Assembly (NCBI RefSeq): GCF_009914755.1
Contig: NC_060930.1
DNA from: the human T2T-CHM13v2.0 reference genome, Homo sapiens
Strand: one strand, 5' to 3'
Length of the DNA stretch: 64,000 bases
Shown here piece by piece: positions 13,033-34,796 of the stretch (positions are counted from its first letter, which is position 1; every line of letters begins with the position of its first letter). The position numbers and the translations under genes were made by a program. Below the pieces are notes generated by a model, which worked only from the letters and a program-made list of their open reading frames with translations, was not told where the DNA came from and did no database searches.

Positions 13033-14229
13033 AAATCTTTCTTAAATTAAGTAACTTTATAGTATATGGAAAACATTACTACAGTTTAAAAACTGCTAAT
13101 AACAATCTAATTAATGACAAATCATTGCCTATTGTCTAATAATACAAAATATGAAATATTTAACAGTAAAGTTGTTGAAATTAATGGTAACTAGCAAATT
13201 TTAGTGACTCAAGCAAACAAAACAAACGAATCTTAGTGACTCAAGCAAACACATATTTTTTTTCCTTGCTTAGAGCAAAAACTCATGCAGTCCAAGAAAC
13301 ACTTCTAGTTGACTCTTCCAACAGAGGTTGCAGGGCTCTGGCTCTTTCCATCATGTGATTTCCCTATATGGAAATTCTTTGCTTCCAACCAAAGTACGGA
13401 AGAATAAGAACACATTAGTGCTATACCTTCAGGGAATAAACATCATGATCACATTTAAATGCAAGCAGGTGAGGACATATAGTTTTATTGTATGTTCATA
13501 GAAAAGTATTGGCTTGAAATATGCACAATGATGGGGAAAACTGTATAGATTTATGCAATTCAAAATTAGTAATAAAACTATTTTGCAGAAATACTTTAAA
13601 AATGTAAGATATCTTTGAAGAATGGAACAGATATTTACTTGATAAGATATGGAAAGATCATTTTCTTGTTCAGAAAGAGAATTGATATGCCAAACAATTT
13701 ATATTTGAGAGGAAAATATAGTTAAACGTGCATTAATAATATAAAGAGATTTGCTATGCAATAAAAATCAATGAAGTTCAAATTAGTGCATGGAAGTAAT
13801 ATAAAAATAATAGAAGCAGATAAAATATTTTGTCTGTGGATATTGTACTCTGAAGGGTCAGAAAAATCTGACTCACACTAATAAGTTTAAAGATTTATCT
13901 ACCCTGAAGATACCCATTGTTTTCTCAGGAATGCTCTCCAAATGAGAATTTTTCTAATTAGAACACTTAACAGCCTGGAAAAGGAAGAGGGCAGGAAGAT
14001 AAAGAAAACAGTAATCTAAGTTCCTCCTAAGACTAACTGTATAGGAGCTGAAAATTTAACTGATGAGAAAAGGAAATAAACATTTTGAACCAGCCTCTAT
14101 AATCTGGATACACACTTAGGATCAGCCATGAGTAAAACTCTTCTAGTTTCAAAGGTGAAATCTTAGATTATTGAGTTGAAATTTTTTTTTCCAATATACA
14201 ATATTTTAATGCTCTAAACTGCCCACAAA

Positions 14230-15630
14230 ACACTGCTTTATTCTTTTATTCTTCTCCTTTTGGGACTCTAATATATGTGTGATAGATAATTTGATAATAT
14301 TCCATAGCTTTGTAATATCCTGTTCTACTTTTTTCTGACCATTGTTTTTTCTCATTGTGTTTCACTTTGGGTAATTTTTATTGATCTTCAAGTTCACTTT
14401 TATGTGCTATGTCTAGTCAGCTAATAATACTGCTAAATAATTTTTCCTTATCATTTCCATTTGACTCCTATTTATAGTTTTTCCCTACTAAAATGTTCCA
14501 TCTGTTCATGCATATTGTCTACCTTTTCCACTAGATATTTTTAACATATTAGTCATAAATATTTTAAAGATCTTTTCTGATGGTTCCATCATGAGGATCA
14601 TCTGAGTCTTATTCTGTTGATTTACTACTAACTGATAAGGTTTTCTCTTTCTCTGTTTTGTGTGACATACACATAACACAAAATGGAAATGGCATGTCCA
14701 CTTCCATGTATAAATATAATTTACCTATTCTCTGCTGTCAGAATGACAGACATTATTTTGTAGAGCTGTAGAGAATTGGTAAATTATATTTATACATGGA
14801 AATGGACATGCCATTCCTCTTGAAAACCATTATTGTGAAGTATTTGAGTTAATTTTGTCAGAAGTTGAACTGGGTTTGAATTATGTTGTTATCATTACTT
14901 CTGTGATCCTCAGTTTTCAAATTCCTCCATCACTTAGCTACTATTACTTTATGGCTATTGTAATGTCTGTGCTATGGTAGTTTTTCTTAGTGTCATTCAG
15001 TCTGTGACACCGGCACTGCACACACAGATTTTCTTCCTGTTTTTGACTACTACTGTAGCATATTTCTCAGTGTGCAGCTCAGTATTATGCTACGGAGCAG
15101 GAGGACTCAGTCCTTGAAGTTCAACTAGGCCCTTTGAGACTGGACTTCAACTATATTATTTCTCAGTGTTTCTACAATTCTCTATACCTCCATAGAAGCC
15201 AAATTATGCCTTGTATCTTTGGTTATTCTTGAGAAGCAAATTTCCTGCTACTCTCGAGTGGTAGCAGTTATAGCCTTTCCTTTGGGACAGAATCCTCAAG
15301 AATATTTTGTGTCTCTTTCACAGTGGCAGATGGCTTTTGCTTCTATTCCTTTCTCTGGAAATAATGTATCTTTTTCTCCACTCTAAGGATAAGATTTTTT
15401 ATTCTCTTTTATTCCGATAGAATTTATTTATTTTTTCCTGCCCCGAACACAGTCTTTCTTGAAAGTACCTGATGGAGACCCATTGGAAAAAAACTTGCAA
15501 CTGAATGGAAATTTCCCTTATGTCTGGGACTCCTATTTATTCAAAATTTACATGTTAGTCTATACTGAGCCCTTAATTTACTAAAATTGTATCATATTTA
15601 TTCTTATATGCTCATATAGTGGCCACTACT
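14230..15630 (-). mobile_element. Ancient L1M/L1ME 5'/ORF1 region; probably resumes ~16357-16500 after the LTR
   Basis: ctccttttgggactcta..gatcttcaagttcact..tccatctgttcatgcatattgtctaccttttccactaga. Confidence 0.6.
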
Positions 15631-15639
15631 TCCTCTTAT

Positions 15640-16355
15640 TGTAATGCCCGAGGTTCTTGCCTAGCCACGCCAAAGAATTGATGTGGTGGCTGACCGCGGC
15701 GAGTGATAGAGACATGGACCAAGAGAGAGAAAAAGCTGTAGGCTTTATTGAGCAGAGTGAGAGTACAAAGCTTCCACAGCATGGAAGGGGTCCCGAATGG
15801 GTAGCCACTGCTGGTTTGGGTATTTGCCTTTTAAACTTTTTAAGGTGGGAGATATGTGAGGCAGGAAGCTTGTTATAGGAGCAAGAAACAAAGGCAGTAA
15901 ATTATTTTGGGACATGTCTTAGATTTTGAGGAAAACCTGAATTGCAACTTAAGTTTTATCTACTTTATGACCTTGCAGCGGCATGGCAAAGGAGACAGGA
16001 TCTTACAGGACTTTACAAAGTGTGTTTACAAGGAATTGGAATTGGGAGTATCGATAAGGTCCGCTGGTCACAGAAAAACGGGCAGTTAACGTTCCTTTTA
16101 CTTTAGTTTTGTGGGAGGGGGAAGGGAGAGAGCGAGAGAAGGACACAGGGAAACTTACCGCAAAATTTTCCCTGTTTATAGCTTTCTTGGGGAAGAAAAC
16201 ACATGAACAAATCCTCGTGATAGGAATATTTTAAGCATATATCTTCAATATTACTCATCCAGGACCGAAGTAAGTCCTGATGCAGGAAATGAGTGAGTTT
16301 CACAGCTTTCTGAGCCCCTACTCGACCCAGGAAGCCCAGCTGGCACCTCCTCTCA
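15640..16355 (-). mobile_element. ERV1 solo LTR (LTR30-like, HERV9/W/30 clade)
   Basis: TG..CA termini, 716 bp, TSD ttat/gtat; minus strand starts tgagaggaggtgccagctgggcttcctgggtcgagtagggg; polyA signal (tttatt on plus) near 15745. Confidence 0.75.
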
Positions 16356-19091
16356 GTATGCTATTGAAAAGTGAATTTGTAAGTCCTGTTTCTTTTCGAA
16401 GGTGCTTGTCACCCTTTAGAATTCATGTTTACCTTATAATCTGAGCTTTGCAAGTGACTCGAGACATTTTAATGTTTTAGTTCATCAGGCTTCTACTTGT
16501 TCGGGAAAAAAGTTCCCACATGACTTTCTACGCTATTTTCGTTAAATAAATGAAAAGCAAAGGTGATTGACTACTTTAATGGAAACAATACTTTTTTTGC
16601 ACAACAAGATGAAGCAGTCATGAACAAGAAGGAACTGGAAGTCAGAGTGTATTATTCCACATCAGGCATTTGAGGGTCAGTGCAAAACAGCCTGGCTTTC
16701 TTTAAACTCTTCTTTTTCTCTTTTAGAGACACTGAAGACAGACTAAGAAAGCAAAGACAAAAAGGACTTTCTCCTCCCACAGCTTCAGGGAGAATCGATT
16801 TCAATAAGGGTTGGAAAAATGTAGCATTTGATTTGATTTAAAGTAGAGCCTGAGGGAACTAAATTCAAGCCTGGTTTGAAGCCTCAAGTGTTAAGGATTT
16901 ATAGAGGAATCAGGAAGGTTATGAATACGCATACATGCTCTGGGAAAGTAAGCAGACTCTTTTAAAGTTTATCAGCCAATATCATACTAATATTGGTCAA
17001 ATGCTCTACAAAAGCACAGCAGGAAATTATATAGTTCCTTGCATGAGAGATCTCTTAAATCTGAGAAGAATTAAGTTTTTTATTAATTTAGTTTGGAAGA
17101 TGATCCAAAAGCTTCCTGAATTTAATGAGATTAATAAAATGAGTCAGTGCCTAGAGGTAGGGGCAGGAAGGAGTCAAATATTTCTGCCTAACATTTCTAT
17201 TAAATGCCTAGCATTTCTACTCCTATTAAACCTTGTTACAGTTTAATGTCTGTTATATGTATGCACTTATTTTAATAGTATTGAATTAGAAAAACATTTG
17301 CTAAATTACTGACTTTAGTGAAGAGTACAGTTCTTATAGAAAAAATTGTCTGGATTTCTCATGCAGTCAACATAGTAGCCAGGACAAATAAAAACAAAAA
17401 CAAAAAATTATTAACACAGGCTTTTTGACACTAGATCTCCTATCCTAGTTAGTGTTCTAAAATGTTAATGGAATCTTCAAGGTACAGAACTTAGGGCTTC
17501 CCATTCTCATCTATATGAGTCAAATTAAATGTTACGATAGGAGGACAAAGAGAGCAGCTATTCTTCTGAAGTGGTAGTGGCAGATCAGTGAAGAATACCA
17601 AAAAACGGGGGTGTACAGTCATTCCAGTATGACCTGATATCAGGCTTCTGGCAGCTAGCCAAAGTTGAGGCAACTGGAGGTTACTCAGGCACATGCTCTT
17701 CTATGGACTCATACATGGCGCATGGTCATATCTCATCACTCTCCTGTTCACCTTCAAGCAGGAAAAAATTATTTAGCTTTACTATATGTTGATTTTAGTA
17801 GAGCTTGGGAAATTTAAAATTTAGATTTTAAAAAGATATCCTCTAGTATCAGTTTGAAACACAACTCTATCTATATTTAAAAAATAATGACTAAGGAAAG
17901 ATTATTTTGGAAATGGGTATGAGAAACCAATAAGTGAAGAATCACTAAAAGAGCCAGATTGCAAAAATTCTGGAAAGGTTGAAAAGCAGCTGTTTCCTAA
18001 ATATTATGACTCTTATACCTGTTTAAAGCCCTGTGTGCCATATATGTGTTTTAGCAGGAGTTAATAATTTAATCTTTCTTATTTTTGTTGTTGTGATATC
18101 TGAAGCAAACTCAAAGAAAAGCAAAAAGAGCCCAAGTCAGCAGCAGAAAAGTAAATTTAGCATCTCAATCAAAATCACCTTTTACCCATGAGAATATTCA
18201 CAAATAGTCAACAAGTAAGTTTTTGGTTAGTTTTTAGTTATGAATGTGCTTTCTTTCAGTTTTTGAGTAAACTCATTGTGAGAGAATGCATTATAATATA
18301 ACAGCAAACCTGAGGCAGCAAGAGGAAATTGAAAAGCTATTGTTAAAATTTTGATTCTCAGAAACAAGAAGATGAAGAAGTAGAGATTTTAGAAATTGCT
18401 TTAGATTGCTAGAAATAATATATATGATAATGCCTTAGGTGCACTACAACTAAAACATGTAAATCTCCCTTAGAAGAAACAAGAAGGTAAATTTTTTTGT
18501 TTTATTGTGTTTTGTTTTTCCCATGATCACATAAAATTTGAAAAAAACAATTGTAGCTAGGACCAAATTTATAAGGTAAATCCCTGTTTGAGCAAAATAA
18601 TAAAATGCTTTTCAGTCACTCTGCGCTATCAGTGGCTCTACTGCCTAACTGAAGATATAGAATTTATGGACAAACTGCACCCACTTGCCAATGGTAATGC
18701 GGAAAAGTACAGTGTGTCTTCTGAAAGAAGTAGATAAGATACGGTATGTCAAGCATTTAACAGTAGTAGGATATAGATAGAGAAAGAGTTTAGCAAGGCT
18801 TATTAAAACAACTAACACCCCACACGGCTGGGTACCCCTCTGAGATGAAGCTTCCAGAGGAACGATCAGGCAGCAACATTTGCTGTTCAGCAATATTTGC
18901 TGTTCTGCAGCCTCCGCTGCTGATACCCAGGCAAACAGGGTCTGGAGTGGACCGCCAACAAACTCCAACAGACCTGCAGCTGAGGGTCCTGACTGTTAGA
19001 AGGAAAACTAACAAACAGAAAGGACATCCACACCAAAACCCCATCTGTACATCACCATCGTCAAAGACCAAAGGTAGATAAAACCACAAAG

Positions 19092-20101
19092 ACGGGGAAA
19101 AAAACAGAGCAGAAAAGCTGAAAATTCTAAAAATCAGAGCACCTCTCACCCTCCAAAGGAATGCAGCTCCTTGCCAGCAATGGAACAAAGCTGGACGGAG
19201 AATGACTTTGACGAGTTGAGAGAAGAAGGCTTCAGACGATCAAACTTCTCCAAGCTAAAGGAAGAAGTTCAAACCCATCACAAAGAAGCTAAAACCTTGA
19301 AAAAAGATTAGATGAATGGCTAACTAGAATAATCAGTGTAGAGAAGTGATTAAATGACCTGATGGAGCTGAAAACCATGGCACGAGAACTACGTGATGAA
19401 TGCACAAGCTTCAGTAGCCGATTTGATCAACTGGAAGGAAGGGTATCAGTGATTGAAGATCACTAATGAATGAATGAATGCAATGAAGCGAGAAGTTTAG
19501 AGAGAAAAGAGTAAAAAGAAATGAACAAAGCCTCCAAGAAATATGGGACTGTGTGAAAACACAAAATCTATGTCTGATTGGTATACCTGAAAGTGACAGG
19601 GAGAATGGAACCAAGTTGGAAAACACTCTGCAGGATATTATCCAGGAGAACTTCCCCAACCTAGCAAGGCAGGCCAACATTCCAATTCAGGAAATACAGA
19701 AAACGCCACAAAGATACTCCTCAGGAAGAGCAACTCCAAGACACATAATTGTCAGATTCACCAAAGTTGAAATGAAGGAAAAAATATTAAGGGCAGCCAG
19801 AGAGAAAGGTTGGGTTACCCACAAAAGGAAGCCCATCAAACTAAGAGCGGATCTCTCAGCAGAAACTCTACAAGCCAGAAGAGTTTCAACATTCTTAAAA
19901 AAAAAGAATTTTCAACCCAGAATTTCATATCCAGCCAAACTAAACTTCATAAGTGAAGGAGAAATAAAATCCTTTACAGACAAGCAAATGCTGAGAGATT
20001 TTGTCACCATCACGCCTGCCCTACAAGAGCTCCTGAAGGAAGCACTAAACATGGAAAGGAACAACCGGTACCAGCCACTGCAAAAACATGTCAAATTGTA
20101 A
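19092..20101 (+). pseudogene. Disrupted L1 ORF1p
   Basis: Start mutated to ACG (aaagacggggaaaaaaac); frameshifts; fragment ENGTKLENTLQDIIQENFPNLARQ..PRHIIVRFTK..RDFVT. Confidence 0.9.
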
Positions 20102-20164
20102 AGACCAGCAATGCTAGGAAGAAACTGCATCAACTAATGAGCAAAATAACCAGCTAACATCATA

Positions 20165-23982
<3,818 letters not shown>

Positions 23983-24217
23983 ACAATGAGAACACTTGGA
24001 CACAGGAAGGGGAACATCACACACTGGGGCCTGTCATGGGGTGAGGGGAAGGGGGAGGGATAGCATTGGGAAATATACCTAATGTAAATGACGAGTTAAT
24101 GGGTGCAGCACAACAACATGGCACACGTATACATGTGTAACAAACCTGCACGTTGTGCACATGTACCCTAGAACTTAAAGTATAATTTAAAAAAACCAAC
24201 AACAACAAAAAGAAACT

Positions 24218-24566
<349 letters not shown>

Positions 24567-27004
24567 TCAACTACATTGAGAAATAGTCTAAATTGATGCA
24601 GTAAACAACTTGTTTTTGCACCTGGTGCTTTCAACACTTAGATTCTTCATCAAGAGTTAAAATGAGAAGAACCTCACATTTGGATTCTCATCAATTCTGC
24701 AAAAAAGCGAAAAATGCTGCTAAGCTGCTCAAAGTAGACAACAGAATACAATGTCAGTGAAGGGAGAACTTGGCTCTTGCATTACATGGAAACTGGAGAG
24801 TTCACTGAATTTGGCATAACTTCTGCATTTATAGAGCATTGTTTTTGGTGGTTCTTTTGTATGGTCTGGCTAAGCACATTCTAGCTTAAATTCTCAGTAA
24901 GTCATGTAATGCTGTCATTCTTCAGTAGTAAGGCTTACTCAGCGTATGTGAGTGTAAGGTAGATGTTAGTGAAAATGTTTAGAAGCCCATAGCCATGTGG
25001 AACTAGACAGAAATGCAGGTACAGGAACTTCAGTCTACAAGGAAAAAGGTGATACTAGAAAAAAAGTGTTAAGCCTCTAGTTCTAATATTGAAGGCATGG
25101 AGATTTATGAAAATGTAGTAGAAAGAAAAAAGGAACTAAGCACTAGCAAGAACTTCTCCAAAGGGAAGTTGAAGAAGAAGGGAACTTGCTAACCCAATGC
25201 TACAAACAGACACCATTGTACATCTAAACGTATATATATATATATATATCTTTTCCTTATTTGTAATATCATACTATTTCTGAAATATAATATTCAAAAA
25301 TTAGATTTCCCTTGAATTACAAACATGGTGAGAAGCCATTTGAATTAGAATTAGATCATTAGTATTACTGAAACATCCTATTGATTTGTGCAGATAAAAC
25401 CGTGTGGGCATTAACGTACAACGTTCAAATATGAAATATACATTAATTTGTATTTGTTGAAGCTATTTATTCTGAAATAGTTTTAGATTTTTGAAAACAG
25501 GTTCTAATAAGATTCTTCGAATTGTTTTAAGCAATGGTATTGCAAGTAACTATAGATTTTAAAATAATGTTACTTTACAGAAGAAGGATTAAGATTCTTT
25601 ACTATTAGTTAAAAAGTATTCACTAAGACCATTTGTGATGGATTTCATATGCACAATAAACTTGTCTAGGTTTTAGAAATAAAATACCTGTTTTATTCTG
25701 TGGAATTCTGTCTTTCACTGAAAGAAGTACCCTTTTTTCTAAGAACAAGGAAATATTAAAATAATTCATGTATGCATATATTTATGCATGATTTCTCTAA
25801 ATGACTCTATAATCCTAGATTTGCTTTATTCGATTTGATTTAGTTACATAATTGGCCTGAAAAAGGAAAGAGGCCCATGATGGAGGTACCAAAAAAGACT
25901 TTGTTCTACTTACTTTTATATGTTATTGGGAAAAGATAAACTGTTGCTGCCACAATATTTCTGGAAGCCAGGGAAATGCCAAGTAAAATAAGACCAGAGC
26001 ATCTCAGATGGTGCCATGTGTTTAGTCTTATTGGTTAAACAATGATTAGATTACATGGAATACATCACGAAGTTGTCCTACCTGTGTTCTTGTCTTTCTC
26101 TTATTTTTTTCTTATATATTCATTTCTTAGAGAACTCAAAGAGGTTGCTCAAAACCTCAGTAGCTTTTATTAAATTGTATATATGACCACAATGCCGTAT
26201 ACTGATTTTAGAGTTTTTGGAGCCATTGCTGGCACAACTAGTATAGTTTGACATTTTTCTGGGTGTATTGTGACACACTTACTTTATGGCACTATTATAT
26301 GTCTCTTAAGATGTATACACTAAATAACTTTGTTAAATTTGTTTTCTGTACTATAATTGAATATAGTTTGTATATCAAGTACATTTTACATAGGATTTGA
26401 AGGTAATTGGTTTAAATAGGTTTATTCATAAAATATAATAGCATTTTAAATTGTCAAATGTGATTTGAGAAACAACTTAGCAGTTTTTAGTTCAACATTT
26501 GCATTTTTTTTTTCTGAAGGAGTTAGGGGTCATTAAGCAAGCTTTCTGGGCCAACTGTTATCATTAAAAAAAAATCATAAAATACACAGTGGTAGTACAA
26601 CTCAAAGTGTTAACAGTGTATTTAAACAAATGTCAATCTCTGTAAAGCTTTATGTTGAAAGCCTTATTGGGAAAAGCATTAAGGAAGAAAACATAACTTT
26701 CAGCAGTTTACCTGTTGCTTTAGTGGTAGTAATTTGATTAGTAGTATAAGTTATACAGAAGATAAAATAAATGGATATTTTCTCTTTCTTGGAGGCATCT
26801 AAAGATAGCTAGTACAGGCATGGGCGGTCCAAACAAGGAGCCCTGACATTTAAGCCTCATTAGCTTCTCAATACATCTGCCTTTAACTGCTTTCACTTCC
26901 TCACCCAAATTCTCTTAAAAATATGTAGCAATGTATCTCTGGATCAGCCTACTGGGCTGAATAGCTTTCAGCAAGCTTCACAGTAATTGACTTTTACCAA
27001 AACC

Positions 27005-27680
27005 TTTGGTCACATGTTTGGCCTCTGCTTTACCTCTCAATTCTTTCAGTGTGATTTATTACTCTTCCCTCATTTAAATACTGTCTTACCTTGACTTCTG
27101 TGGCTTCACACTCTGAGGTAATCTTTTTCTTACCTCGTTGACTAATCTTTGTCAAACTCCTTGGATGATTTCTTCTCTACTTAAACTCTTAACTATGGGG
27201 TTCCCAGAGATTTATCCAATGCCATTCTTGCTTCTCTATGTATATTTTCTTCCTCAGTTCTCCAGGCCAGTCACATGGCTGTAAACAATACATATATGAT
27301 GATAACTCCTGGACTTTCATCTCTAGTCTTGAATATTTCTCTAAATTCTAGAGTGGTACAACTACGTACTTACATAGTATCCCTCATAATTATCTCAAAC
27401 TTAATATATTACAAGGTACTCTCTTGATATATCACTCAAATATTTTTCTTTGTTTTCATCATGTCATTAAATGACATAAACATTTACCCAGAAGCACAAG
27501 CTAAATTCCTAGAAAGTATGTTTGATTATTTCTTTGTCTTTTCCCATAACCAATCACTGATAATTTGTTTGTCTCTTTTCCCGAAATATTTTCCAATGAT
27601 GTCCACTTTTCTGTACCTTTGCTACCATTTTCCTTTATAAATTCCTCTTTCCTTCCTCAGAAATATTATTATAATATTCT
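27005..27680 (+). mobile_element. LINE-2 fragment interrupted by the L1PA8-like element; resumes 34126-34215
   Basis: cttgacttctgtggcttcacactct..catggctgtaaacaatacatatatgatgataactcc..atctcaaacttaatat. Confidence 0.7.
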
Positions 27681-27918
27681 TTTTTTTTTTAGTTTTACTT
27701 TAAGTTCTGGGATACATATGCAGAACGTGCAAGTCTGTTACGTGTATACCTATACATGTGCCATGGTGGTTTGCTACACCTATCAACCCATCATCTACGT
27801 TTTAAGCCCCACGTGCATTAGTAATCTGTCCTGATGCTCTCCCTCCCCTAAACCCCCACCCCTCACCCCCTGACAGGCCCTGTTGTGTCGCCTCTCTGTG
27901 TCCATGTGTTCTCATTGT

Positions 27919-31732
<3,814 letters not shown>

Positions 31733-31795
31733 AATGATGGTAGCTAGTTATTTTGCAGACTAGTTGATGCCATTTCTTCATAATATCTTTGGTCT

Positions 31796-32815
31796 TTATA
31801 TTTCAGTGTGTTTTTGCAGTGGCTGGTACCAGTTTTTCCTTTCCATATTTAGTGCTTCCTCCAGGAGCTCTTGTAAGGCACACATGGTGGCGACAGAATC
31901 CCTCAGCATTTGCTTGTCTGAGAAGGATTGTATATCTCCTTCAATTATGAAGCTTAGTTTGTCTGGGTATGAAATACTGGGTTGAAAATTCTTTTATTTA
32001 AGAATGTCCAATATTGGCTCCCATTCTCTTCTGGCTTTTAGGGTTTCTGCTGAGTGATCCACTGTTAGTCTGATGAGCTTCCTTTTGTAGGTTACCTGTC
32101 CTTTCCCTCTGGCTGTCCTTAACATTTTTTCCTTCATTTTGACCTTGGAGAGTCTGATGATTATGTGTCTTGGGTTTGATCATCTCATGGAGTATCTTAA
32201 TCGTGTTCTCTGTATTTCCTGAATTTAAATGTTGGCCTGTCCTGCTATGTTGGGGGAGTTCTCCTGGAAAATAACCTGAAGTGTGTTTTCCAACTTGATT
32301 CCATTCTCCCCATCCCTTTCAGGTACTCCAATCAATAGTAGGCTTGGTCTTTTTACATAGTCCCATATTTCTTGGAGGTTTTGTTTGTTCCTTTTCATTC
32401 TTTTTTCTCTAATCTTGTCTGCCTGTCTTATTTCAGCATGATGGTCTTCAAACTCTGATATTCTTTCTTCCACTTGATCGATTCAGCTGTTGATCCTTGT
32501 GTGTGCTTCACGAAGTTCTCATGCTGCATTTTTCAGCTCCATCAGGTTATTTATGTTCCTCTCGAAACTCGTTATTCTAGTTAGCAGTTCTGTAACCTTT
32601 TATATAGGTTTTCAGCTTCTTTGCGTTCGGTTATAACATGCTTCTTTAGCTCAGTGAAGTTTGTTATTACCCACCCTCTGAAGCCAAGTTCTGTTAATTC
32701 GTTCATCTCATCTTCCATCCAGTTCTGTGCCCTTGCTAGAGAGGTGCTGCGATCATTTGGAGAAGAGGCACTCTGGCCTTTCGAGTTTTCAGCTTTTTTG
32801 TTGATTCTTTCTCAT
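31796..32815 (-). pseudogene. Disrupted L1 ORF1p (3' boundary approximate)
   Basis: atgagaaagaatcaa start; fragment EERISEFED..NLQEIWDYVKRP..GVPERDGENG. Confidence 0.85.
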
Positions 32816-34103
32816 TTTAATGAGTTTGTCTAGTTTTGATCTTTGATGCTGCTAACTCTTACATACATCAGGATTTCATGGGGACATTTTTTGTTGATGC
32901 TGTTGTTGTTGCTTTCTCTTTGCTTGTTTTTCTTTCAATGGTCAGGTCCCTTTTCTGTAGGACCTGTGGTTTGCTGGGGGTTCACTTCAGGCCCTATTCA
33001 TCTGGTTCATTCCCATGCCTGGAGATGTCGCTTGAGGAGGCTGGTAAACAGCAAAGATGGTGCCTGCTCCTTCCTCTGGGATCTCTGACCTCCAGGGGCA
33101 CCGATCACCTGATGCCAGTAGGAATGCTCCTGTATAGGGTATCTGATAACTCCTGTTGGAGGGTTTCACCCGGTTGGGTGGCACGGGGAGCACGACGTGT
33201 TTAACGAAGCACTTTGGCTGTCCCTTGGTGGAGGCGTTGTGCCACGCTGGAGGGAAACCCACTCATCTAGGATGTCCGGATTCCTCAGAACTAGCAGGAG
33301 GAATGACTAAGTCTGCTGGTCCACAGAGACTATGGCCACCCCTCCCACTAGGGGCTCAGGCCCAGGGAGAACAAAGTTCTGTCTCCGAAACCCTGGCTGG
33401 AGTTGTTGGAGTTCCTGCAAGGAGGACCCACCCAGTGAGGAGGAATGGGTTAGGGTCGGGCCTGAAGATGCACTCTGTCCACAGTCTGACACAGCCGGTA
33501 TGTTGAACTGTGAGGAATACCTCTTGGGACAAATCCATCCAGCCTTCCTTGCTCCAGCAGGGAAAAAGCATGGCCTGGAGTTATAGAGATGGCTGCAGCT
33601 CTTCCTTCACCCTGGGATCTTAGTGTGTTAGGCAGCTAGCAGTCCCAGCGTTGGCTGCCACCTCTCTCCCAAGTTGCTCAGAGGGCTTAGACAGCAGGCA
33701 GCCGCCCCTGCCCCAAGGAACTTGGCAGGCTTAAGCAGATTCTAGCTGAGTGGCTGAGAATCTGCATGGCTCCATGGTTGGGACCCTAGGCCCCAGCGGC
33801 ATGGGCTCATGAGTGGGATCTTCTGATCGTGGGTTGCACAGTTCTGTGGAAAAAGCATGGTTTCCCAGGCTGGGCAGCAGGCTCACTCTCTGCCTCCCTT
33901 GGCTTGAGGGTGGGGGCTCCCCTGCCCTGTGTGGCTCTCAGGTGGGCCGCCACACCACACAGCTCTACCTTCCTCGCGTGGGTCACATCAACTGCCTAGT
34001 CAGTCTTGATGACAGAACCTGGATACCTCACTTACCGGTGCTGGATTTACACACTGTTTTTGTTCGTTTCAATGGGAGCTTCCGATTGCCACAGCTGCTA
34101 GTT

Positions 34104-34114
34104 GGCCATCTTGG
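34104..34114 (-). promoter_or_regulatory. YY1 motif of the L1 5' internal promoter
   Basis: ccaagatggcc on the minus strand, about 12 nt from the element's 5' end. Confidence 0.8.
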
Positions 34115-34796
34115 TCCCGCCTCCCTGTAATATTCTAATTGAGAATTCTGTTTCACTCTGCCTGTTCTCCTCAATCTACAACATATTCTTCAACATGAAT
34201 ATAAGTGATTTTAAGATGCCTATTAAGTGGACAAATAAACTGCATAAAACTTATAAAGGAAAGACTACAGAGATATCAGATATCTCAGGAGACAAAGTGA
34301 AGTGAATCCAGCAGGTGAGGAACTCCCAATGGAAGAGCTGGCTGTAGACCAAGGGAAAGAAAAATGGAGAGTGGAAGATGCAGACTTACTTACTATATAT
34401 TGCCTTGTGAATGAAAGATTACAGAAACTAGGACTATGATATCTACCTACATATCTTGCTGGCTGTGTTACATTTTATTATATGTTCTAATGAGCTTTTT
34501 TTCCCCTTTATATCTTTCCCAGTCTCCTTTTAGTTTTAGAGAGTTTATTAATATTGGTAAATTTACAATTTATTTGATTGGTTACTATGTAACAACTTGG
34601 AGTTTCAATAAAACAGGAAAAGACATGAAACAGAAATTCTGCATTAAAGTTAGATGTGATAACATATTAACTTCAGGATATTTTCCTTTGGTCAGAGGGA
34701 AGCATCTTTTTTGGAATAACAAATATAATTGCTATATCCATCAGCTAACAGCAAAAAACAGGCACATTCTGTTCCAAGAGTGTTGAGAAAGGGGGC

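Noticed and set aside
26810-26885. Possible MER53-like hAT remnant
   Set aside because: Too short and diverged to support from recall alone.
32836-34130. Cluster of 60-120 aa ORFs
   Set aside because: They lie in the GC-rich L1 5' UTR where stop codons are scarce. No ORF0 homology could be established.
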